Source: a virus. From it: a DNA stretch of 64,000 nt. Where the stretch lies: positions 34,041 through 98,040 of the IMG/VR virus record IMGVR_UViG_3300030060_002738, one strand, 5' to 3'. The translations under genes and the position numbers were made by a program. Every line of letters starts with the position of its first letter. The stretch's first letter is position 1. The notes beneath the pieces were generated by a model. The model saw only the letters and a program-made list of their open reading frames with translations. It was not told where the DNA came from and did no database searches. Below are positions 57,801 through 64,000 of this stretch, in pieces.

Positions 57801-58238
57801 GATATGACAGTTGATACGAATGCATTACACGTTGACTCCACGAATACAAGAGTAGGTATTGGAACAACCTCACCCGGATTCAAACTACAAGTAAATGGTT
57901 CATTCGGTGCTACCACCAAGTCTTTCGTTATACCACACCCAACCAAACAAGGAAAGACACTACAACATGGTTCTCTTGAAGGACCGGAACATGGGGTGTA
58001 TTATAGGGGCAGATTAGAAGGAGATGTAATACAACTTCCTGAGTATTGGACAGAGTTGGTTGATGAAAATACAATAACAGTACAATTGACTCCGAACGGC
58101 GATTTCCAAATGCTTTTCGTAGAAAAGATAGAAGACAACCAAGTGTTCGTGGCTAATGCAGCAGATGAGGGCATTGACTGCTTCTACATAGTACACGGTG
58201 AAAGAAAAGACGTTGGAAAGATGGAGGTTGAATACTAA
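51879..58238 (+). CDS. long tail fibre protein 1 (2119 aa)
   Basis: VTTAKIAD repeats, DTLNELAAAL, RVGIGTTSP, C-terminal SFVIPHP...LEGPE domain. Confidence 0.85.
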   Translation: MTTNPGIISTLATNPSSTQLKDNTDNIHSGIIKALHAATGENRGIDGFGLTQVDGGTTSSFQVAAGKVLRDGKLVSISGATLTTTASTIAPNSNDWYGLIVVNSSNVLAWRHGAVTGKATTGAATVAELAAGDIPLIVIKVDTADANDATDRLHQFLFYPQSDRAFSAIATSTETLRIKTDGTVVKAGNTGAISFPSVGSSARTLATTNDINNLGTSNLADDAVTAAKLASSAVVTASIVDSNVTTAKIADGNVTTAKIASDAVTYDKIQDIGTANRVLGKASTGTVEEVQVTSAMIADGTIATADVANDAITYAKMQNVSATNRILGRDSSGAGNIEEISPANVVTMLGIEANADVTDTTNVKAALNSVSLGTFSLGDSNDNISVGNLTIGGDLTVSGTTTTTLSNTVNIGDSIITLNSDETGSPSQDAGIEVERGNQTNKTLFWDESAGRWTVGSETFVAGTFIGNLTGTVSSATALANARNFALSGDVTASAVSFDGSGNVTLSTAIGANTIGATEIQSASVGTTQLANLSVTTGKIADSDVTTAKLANDAVTSAKIADDAILTAHISDDQITAALMANNAVGTAVIVDSAVTNAKLAGSIAQSKITNLTSDLAGKQASLTFGSGLSNSGATINVDITELSTENGIHKTNDFLMYNDTGSGLKKINLSNVFAQIAASDIPNLAASKITSGTFADARIPSLATSKITSGTFATARIADDAVTFDKIQNVDSGVVLGRTSSNAGSVETLSASAARSLLQVDVSGTDNSTNVTLAGSRDYLTLNGQQITVGEIDISDDTNLVAGSRISLSGDTLNVDGDLANYDNSNSGFLTGHPTISGAASSVDNSGSRTYIQSITLDSNGHITNLTSATETVTDTTYSVGDGGLTQNNFTNTLKSKLDGIEANANNFNLANASASTLGGIKVGSNLTINAVTGVLSADSQSDVNFTSALNTKLAGIETSATAGANFATNVSNISVTNAQLAGSIANSKLANSSVTVNGSTVALGGSITLTTANVAEGANLYFTEERVDDRVNALIVDGEGITTTYNDSGGTLTIDAEEATASNKGVASFASADFDVSSGAVTVKSGGISNTQLAGSIANDKLLAIAQSKVTGLTTALSAKIESLSDLSVTASAAEINILDGVTGVSAAEISHLDGVTSSIQTQLNAKQAAGNYLTTSATIADLAGITALDTDITAVSGSHDTIPSARAVKAYVDLTSFDANDTQYAFTVEDGSSNSKRLKLTGTDGSSTSVNFEGSGNISVTRINERIIIDSSAKPTSSLAFSEGTLTLTKTDSTTISATLPDATTSAHGLMTDTQFDKLAAIEAGATADQTAAEIRTLVESASDSNVFTDADHTKLNGIAASANNYSISSDLLDEDNMASNSATKVASQQSIKAYVDAEVAGVISSAPAALDTLNELAAALGDDANFATTTSTALGNRLRVDTSSQGLTATQQGNAITNLGITASLAEINILDDGLSASDIPSLAASKITSGTLGTARIPSLATSKITSGTFANARISEGSVTQHQAALSITESQISDLDAYITAVRTVTAGGNTLAGSETLAFTAGSNISISESGGAVTIASTDTNTQLTTEQVQDIVGAMVGSNTETNISVTYDDTGGKLNFASTDTQLTQEQVEDFVNGVIVAGSNITKTYDDASGTLTIASTDTNTQLTTEQVEDIVGAMVSSNTETNMTVTYDDTNGKLDFSSTNTNTQLSQEQVEDFVGGMLDGTETFISVSYDDTDGNIDFVVPVLDEDNMATNSASHLATQQSIKAYVDSEVAGLVDSAPGALNTLNELAAAINDDATFSSTVTTALGNRLRVDTASQGLSGTQQSNARTNLNVDVAGTDNSTNVTLATVSNNYLSLSGQAITAGTVPVSLGGTGATSASAARTALGVDAAGTDNSTDVTLTGSGNYLSISGQAITVDPIDISDDTNLTAGTGLTLSGDTLNVDAAQSGITSVGTLSSLTVSGDMTVDTNALHVDSTNTRVGIGTTSPGFKLQVNGSFGATTKSFVIPHPTKQGKTLQHGSLEGPEHGVYYRGRLEGDVIQLPEYWTELVDENTITVQLTPNGDFQMLFVEKIEDNQVFVANAADEGIDCFYIVHGERKDVGKMEVEY

Positions 58239-61200
58239 TGGCTAACTCAGACAAGGATATTCTAATTACACCAAACACAGGACAGAGTGCTAAACCAAAG
58301 ATAGAGGTAACTGGTGCTGATAACTCGACTAAGACTATCTCAATCAATGATGATGGTACTCTATCATTCGATTCCACAATAGCAGCAACATCAGGCTCAG
58401 TTGCTAATGGTAATGCAAACCTAGTTACTGGTGATGCGGTTTTCGATTACATAGCAGCACAGAACTTCGCTACTTCGGGGGCATCTACCTTCGCTGTGGG
58501 GGATATCACTGGTCAAACCGCATTGACAAGTGGGCTTGCCTCCACTGATGAGTTGGTTCTCAGTGATGCTGGTGCATTGAAGAGAATGGATGTCAGTGTA
58601 CTGCAATCATATATGCAGAGCAATCTTACCTTTACTAGTATCTCAGCAGGAACTAATATTTCATTAAGTGGAAGTACGTTGAATGTAGATGATGCTTTCT
58701 TAAAAAACGATGCTAATGACACTACATCAGGAACACTGACTGCTGCTAACTTCGTAACAGCAGGAGATGTTCAAGCAGGAACAATGACAGTAGAGACATC
58801 TATATTCCATGAAGGAGATACGAACACAAAAATTGGATTTACTCCTGATGTGATAACACTTGGTACAGGTGGAGCAACCAAACTCACAATAAATAATAGC
58901 GGGGTTAAGTTAGGAAGTGGTGAAACAGTCACACAAATTGTAGATGAAGATGATATGGCTTCTAACTCTGTTGACCATCTTTCCACTCAGCAATCGATTA
59001 AGGCTTATGTTGATGCAGAAACACGAACAGATGAGCAGATACAAGACGTTGTTGGTGCAATGTTTTCCAGTAACACGGAGACCGGAATCACTGCTACTTA
59101 CCAAGACAGTGACGGTACAGTGGACTTAGTGGTTGGTACATTAAACCAAGATACTACTGGAAATGCAGCAACTGCAACTGCTTTAGAGACTGCAAGAACA
59201 ATAGGAGGGACATCCTTCGATGGAACAGCCAATATAACTCCTGCAAACGCAACTCTAGCAGCGACAGTTACGGTATCTGACAGCACTGCTAACACGAACT
59301 TTCCCGTTGTATTTCACGATGAATCCAATGCATTACTAGACGACACAGGAGCATTACGATACAACCCTTCTACTGGAACTCTGCTTGTTCCTAATTTGAA
59401 TGTAGCAGGAACTACCACACAGGTAAATACTGTTACAATGGAAGCGGCGAATGCTGTTGTGTTTGAAGGAGCGACATCAGATGCACATGAGACAACGCTT
59501 ACCATAACTGACCCGACAGCAGATAGAACGATTACACTTCCAAACGCTTCAGGAACAGTAGCAGTGTCAGCATCAGGAGGAGTGGCATTATCCTCTGCTG
59601 GTGATATTAGTGCAAATTTATCTGCATCACACATACCAAGTCTAGCAACTAGTAAAATAACATCAGGGACTTTCGCAGATGCACGAATTGCCTCTTCTAA
59701 CGTCACTCAACATCAAGGTGATATTACTTCATTGGGTACTTTGACTAGCCTAACAGTAGATAACGTTAGTGTCAATGGTACAACAATAGGTCACACAGAT
59801 GATACAGATTTGATGACTTTGGCCGATGGCTTACTTACAGTAGCAGGAACACTACAAGCACAACAATTTAGGTTTAACACCAATCTCAGAATTGGAAACC
59901 CTGCTACTAATCAGATGGCAATCTTTACTGCGGGTAGTGAACGAATGCGATTTGACGCTTCGGGTAATGTCGGAATAGGCACTACGAGTCCGATATCTCC
60001 GCTTCATGTTAGTGGCGGTGATTTGAATATATACAATGGAACATCTGAATCCCACCTTGTATTGAGAAGAAATGCAACAGGGCAGAATTATGGCTCATCT
60101 GTTAGGTTTGAGTTTGGAGATTCGGATAGTGCTTCTTCGGGTCATCTCTATGCTAGAATGGTCGGTGCAATACAGGACTCGACGAATGGCTCGGAAGACG
60201 GGTATCTCAAATTCGATACTTCACAGGATGGGACTCTCACAGAACAGATGAGGATTACTTATGATGGTAAGGTAGGAATAGGCACTACAAGTCCTGCAAC
60301 TGAGTTAGATGTTAGTGGTAGCATAACACTAGCAGACGATATTATTCACAGTGGAGATACTAACAACAAAATCGCATTCGGAACAGATACGCAGTCTTTC
60401 CAAACAGGAGGAACTGCTAGGTTCAATATCAGTGATTCAGGATTACAGATTGGAAGTGGGGCGAGAGTAACCACCGTTCTAGATGAGGATGATATGGCTT
60501 CTAATTCTGCCACAGCACTAGCAACACAGCAGTCAATCAAAGCGTATGTAGATTCAGAGGCGGGTGGTGGTGGTGCTGTAAGAACCGTTACAGCAGGTGG
60601 CAATACACTTGCAACTAGCGAAACTCTTGCATTCACGGCAGGTACTAATATAGCAATCAGTGAAAGTGGTGGTGCAGTAACAATTGGTTCTGCCGCAGGT
60701 AATGTAACACTTGCTAATAGTATTGAATTAAAAGGTGATACAGCAAACAGTCTCTCAGTTAAAACGGGGGCAGGAGCAAGTAATGGTATATCTCTTTTAT
60801 TCAGTGGTAGTAGCAACAATGCTATTGGTCAAATTCAAATAAATAATGATGGATACTATTTTTCAAGAACCTATGGTGGTGTATCAAACCTAATCTTTGA
60901 GGGTGATACTTCTAACAGTTTTGAGACTACCCTAGACATAGCAGACCCAACTGCCGATAGAACGATTGTACTGCCTGATGCAAGTGGTACTATCTCACTT
61001 ACAGATACCAACACGCAACTCTCTAATGAGCAAGTACAGGACATCGTAGGAGCGATGTTCAGTTCAAACACCGAGACAAGAATATCAGCCACTTATCAAG
61101 ACGGAGATGGTACTATCGACTTGGTAGTGGATGACATGACGGCTAACACTAACCAACTCACAACATTCACCCTAACAGGAGATTCAGGAACTAACCAAAC

Positions 61201-64000
61201 AATAGCACATGGAAATACACTAGACATCGCTGGTGGAGATGGTATAGCAACCGTTGTGGGGTCATCAGACACAGTAACAGTTGGTCTAGACATAGATGGT
61301 ATGACGGATATCAACGCAGCATTAGTTGACGCTGATTTGATGATTGTAGATGACGGAGCAGGAGGAACGAATCGCAAAGCAACAATGAGTAGACTGAAAA
61401 CCTACATGCAAAATAACCTGACATTTACAACCAACACTAATACTCAATTAAGCACAGAACAGGTTCAAGACATAGCAGGTGGAATGTTTAGTAGCAACAC
61501 TGAAACGGGTATTACAGCAACCTATCAAGATGCAGACGGCACAATAGACTTGGTTGTAGGAACTCTGAATCAAGATACATCAGGTAACGCAGCCACTGCA
61601 ACCGCACTTGAAACAGCAAGAAACATCGGTGGTGTCAGTTTCGATGGAACAGCAAACATAAATCTACCCGGAGTTAACACTGCTGGTAATCAGAATACTA
61701 GCGGAACTGCCGCAGTAGCAACAACTGTAACTGTAACAGATAGCACTGCGAATACTAACTTCCCTGTTGTATTCCATAATGAGTCAAATGGTTTGCTAGA
61801 TGACACTGGTGCTTTGAGATACAACCCAAGCACAGGCACTCTTCTAGTTCCCAACCTGAATGTCGCTGGTACTACAACAGTTGTTGACACAGTAACTATG
61901 AACGCAGCAAACGCAATAGTGTTTGAGGGTGCTACTTCTGATAGTAATGAGACAACACTAACTATTACTGACCCTACTACCGATAGGACAATTACTCTAC
62001 CGGATGCTACTGGAACAGTTGCTCTGACCAGTCAGTTATCTGATACGCAGTTGTCTACGGAACAAGTTCAAGATATAGTTGGGGCTATGTTTAGTTCTAA
62101 TACTGAGACTAGAATAAGTGCGACTTACCAAGACGGTGATGGTACGATAGACTTAGTTGTAGATGATATGACTGCTAATACGAACACCAACCAATTGACT
62201 ACATTCACATTGACAGGTGATTCCGGTACTAACCAAACCATCGCTCATGGCAACACATTGGACATAGCGGGTGGTGACGGTATTGCCACAGTAGTAGGCT
62301 CTTCTGATACTGTCACTGTTGGTTTAGATATTGATGGAATGACCGACATCAATGCAGCGTTAGCAGATGCTGACCTAATGATAGTTGACGACGGTGCAGG
62401 TGGCACTAATAGAAAGGCAACAATGTCTAGACTAAAGACATACATGCAGAATAATCTAACGTTCACGACAAACACGAATACACAGTTATCGGATGAGCAA
62501 GTTCAGGATATTGTAGGGGCTATGTTCTCTAGTAATACCGAGACAAATATTACCGCTACATATCAGGATGGAGATGGAACGATTGACTTAGTTGGAAGTC
62601 AAATGACATTCATTTTAGAGGATGACGATGGTACTGAGGTCTCTATATCAAATGCTGAAGAGATTAAGTTCCACAGTGGAGATACGAGTGTAGACATCAA
62701 CTACTCTGATACATCTACGGGTTCAGATTCTGACCCATTCGACTTGGATTTCAGAACGATACACGCTCCTTATCTACGCACATCAGATGATAGAGACTTT
62801 GCTCCTGAAGATTTAACCACTAGCCAAAGACAAATATTCGGATTGTTCTCATCAAAGACAGGGTTGGAAGACGGTTCAACTGCTGGCTCTGATTATACTG
62901 ATACTCTAGTATTCGATACTTACACAAGTGGCTCAGGTGGAGATGCTAACCTACTAGCACTATCTAAGACTAGCACAAAAAGAATCTACCATTATCGTGC
63001 TGCTAGAGATGCTACTGATTGGGGAACTGCCTCTACTGTTGCATACACAAGTGATATTCCAACAAACAACAACCAACTAACAAATGGTGCAGGTTTCATC
63101 ACTTCAAGACTGGCTGCATCAGATATCACAGGTGCAACTGCACTTACAAGTGGTCTAGCATCAACTGATGAATTAGTATTGAGTGACGCTGGAACTCTGA
63201 AGAGAATGGATGTATCTGTTCTTCAGTCGTACATGCAGAGCAATCTCGCCTTTACCAACAACGCAGGAGATATTACAGGTGTTGATTTAACAGTTACATC
63301 GCCGATAACAATAGCGAGCGAAACGAACACAGGCTCAGGGTCTTACTCTGCTACATTAGGATTAGCCGACCCTGCTAATTTAAATCAACTAACAGAATCA
63401 ACCGATGCTACTGATGATAAAATACTCCTTTGGGATGAATCTGCTTCTTCATGGAAATACATGACCTTGGATAATTTACAAGATTCAATTGATACCACTG
63501 GTGGTGGAGGTGGAATGTCTGACTTGGTAGATGATACATCTCCACAGTTAGGTGCTAATTTAGATGTCAATGGAAATAAAATTGTATCTGCCTCAAATGC
63601 AGATGTCACAATAGAGCCTCATGGTACTGGTGATATTCTACTTTATGCTGATAAACTAGTTGTAGGTGATTCCTCTGCTGATTTTACGATACAACATAGA
63701 ACGACAACGAACTCCATACTAAAGTTTCAAGCAGGAGGCAATACACAACTTACTTCTGATGGGCCTATATTCTTGAACGCTGATGAAGCAGGTGATGGTG
63801 GTACTGACAGTAAAATAAGACTCAATGCCAATATAGTCCAAGTTGGAAAGGCCAATAATAATCATGAATTAACCACACAGGGAACAGGCGACTTAACCCT
63901 AAGCACAAATGCTGGTACAAACTCTGGAACGATTGTTATTGCTGATGGTGCAAATAACGATATATCAATTACACCAAATGGTTCAGGTAATATTGTATTG
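58238..64000 (+). CDS. long tail fibre protein 2 (>1900 aa, truncated by window end)
   Basis: Absent from the track because it has no stop; ATG 58238 (TAATG overlap), MANSDKDILITPN...; same frame spot-checked at 61022 (SNEQVQDIVGAMF) and at the end (ISITPNGSGNIVL). Confidence 0.85.
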   Translation, partial: MANSDKDILITPNTGQSAKPKIEVTGADNSTKTISINDDGTLSFDSTIAATSGSVANGNANLVTGDAVFDYIAAQNFATSGASTFAVGDITGQTALTSGLASTDELVLSDAGALKRMDVSVLQSYMQSNLTFTSISAGTNISLSGSTLNVDDAFLKNDANDTTSGTLTAANFVTAGDVQAGTMTVETSIFHEGDTNTKIGFTPDVITLGTGGATKLTINNSGVKLGSGETVTQIVDEDDMASNSVDHLSTQQSIKAYVDAETRTDEQIQDVVGAMFSSNTETGITATYQDSDGTVDLVVGTLNQDTTGNAATATALETARTIGGTSFDGTANITPANATLAATVTVSDSTANTNFPVVFHDESNALLDDTGALRYNPSTGTLLVPNLNVAGTTTQVNTVTMEAANAVVFEGATSDAHETTLTITDPTADRTITLPNASGTVAVSASGGVALSSAGDISANLSASHIPSLATSKITSGTFADARIASSNVTQHQGDITSLGTLTSLTVDNVSVNGTTIGHTDDTDLMTLADGLLTVAGTLQAQQFRFNTNLRIGNPATNQMAIFTAGSERMRFDASGNVGIGTTSPISPLHVSGGDLNIYNGTSESHLVLRRNATGQNYGSSVRFEFGDSDSASSGHLYARMVGAIQDSTNGSEDGYLKFDTSQDGTLTEQMRITYDGKVGIGTTSPATELDVSGSITLADDIIHSGDTNNKIAFGTDTQSFQTGGTARFNISDSGLQIGSGARVTTVLDEDDMASNSATALATQQSIKAYVDSEAGGGGAVRTVTAGGNTLATSETLAFTAGTNIAISESGGAVTIGSAAGNVTLANSIELKGDTANSLSVKTGAGASNGISLLFSGSSNNAIGQIQINNDGYYFSRTYGGVSNLIFEGDTSNSFETTLDIADPTADRTIVLPDASGTISLTDTNTQLSNEQVQDIVGAMFSSNTETRISATYQDGDGTIDLVVDDMTANTNQLTTFTLTGDSGTNQTIAHGNTLDIAGGDGIATVVGSSDTVTVGLDIDGMTDINAALVDADLMIVDDGAGGTNRKATMSRLKTYMQNNLTFTTNTNTQLSTEQVQDIAGGMFSSNTETGITATYQDADGTIDLVVGTLNQDTSGNAATATALETARNIGGVSFDGTANINLPGVNTAGNQNTSGTAAVATTVTVTDSTANTNFPVVFHNESNGLLDDTGALRYNPSTGTLLVPNLNVAGTTTVVDTVTMNAANAIVFEGATSDSNETTLTITDPTTDRTITLPDATGTVALTSQLSDTQLSTEQVQDIVGAMFSSNTETRISATYQDGDGTIDLVVDDMTANTNTNQLTTFTLTGDSGTNQTIAHGNTLDIAGGDGIATVVGSSDTVTVGLDIDGMTDINAALADADLMIVDDGAGGTNRKATMSRLKTYMQNNLTFTTNTNTQLSDEQVQDIVGAMFSSNTETNITATYQDGDGTIDLVGSQMTFILEDDDGTEVSISNAEEIKFHSGDTSVDINYSDTSTGSDSDPFDLDFRTIHAPYLRTSDDRDFAPEDLTTSQRQIFGLFSSKTGLEDGSTAGSDYTDTLVFDTYTSGSGGDANLLALSKTSTKRIYHYRAARDATDWGTASTVAYTSDIPTNNNQLTNGAGFITSRLAASDITGATALTSGLASTDELVLSDAGTLKRMDVSVLQSYMQSNLAFTNNAGDITGVDLTVTSPITIASETNTGSGSYSATLGLADPANLNQLTESTDATDDKILLWDESASSWKYMTLDNLQDSIDTTGGGGGMSDLVDDTSPQLGANLDVNGNKIVSASNADVTIEPHGTGDILLYADKLVVGDSSADFTIQHRTTTNSILKFQAGGNTQLTSDGPIFLNADEAGDGGTDSKIRLNANIVQVGKANNNHELTTQGTGDLTLSTNAGTNSGTIVIADGANNDISITPNGSGNIVL
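61010..62500 (+). repeat. internal duplication of a ~150-codon module in fibre 2
   Basis: EQVQDIVGAMFSSNTETRISATYQDGDGTIDLVVDDMTAN...RKATMSRLKTYMQNNLTFTTNTNTQL at ~61010-61450 and ~62045-62490. Confidence 0.8.

Noticed and set aside
8226-63609. Numerous minus-strand ORFs of 60-285 aa in the structural region
   Set aside because: They are antisense shadows of long plus-strand genes with biased codon usage, with no SD or motifs.
51879-64000. Diversity-generating retroelement acting on the fibres
   Set aside because: No reverse transcriptase in the window; repeat differences are mostly synonymous rather than adenine-specific.

Overview
A 64-kb segment of a tailed dsDNA virus (Caudoviricetes, HK97-type head, long non-contractile tail). 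It most likely infects marine archaea and looks magrovirus-like (Poseidoniales host inferred from the MCP/portal style, archaeal GGTGA/GGAGG ribosome-binding sites, TATA-type promoters and an ATP-dependent ligase inside the head module). Layout: (1) 1-2150, leftward small genes (pyrimidine-dimer-glycosylase-like, DUF2958-like, DUF1599-like) and a structured non-coding block. (2) 2170-2530, an AT-rich iteron-like array, a candidate origin. (3) 2760-5960, rightward accessory cassettes, each opened by a repeated ACAAAGT..ACCATATGGT..ACTTTGT dyad plus a TATA-like box and closed by RNA stems. (4) 6300-30850, packaging and head module (TerS candidate, TerL, LAGLIDADG protein, portal, DNA ligase, prohead protease/scaffold, MCP). 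It is interleaved with about 18 otherwise unrelated proteins sharing a short W-x-x-[ILVT]-[LIM]-K peptide that resembles the scaffold C-terminus, a candidate capsid cargo-addressing system. (5) 30858-35144, membrane proteins plus an Arf-like small GTPase, a candidate egress or membrane-remodelling module. (6) 35149-64000, neck, tail tube, frameshifted chaperone, tape measure, tail tip and two giant repetitive fibres, the last truncated by the window end. Family assignments come from recognised motifs only; no database searches were run.
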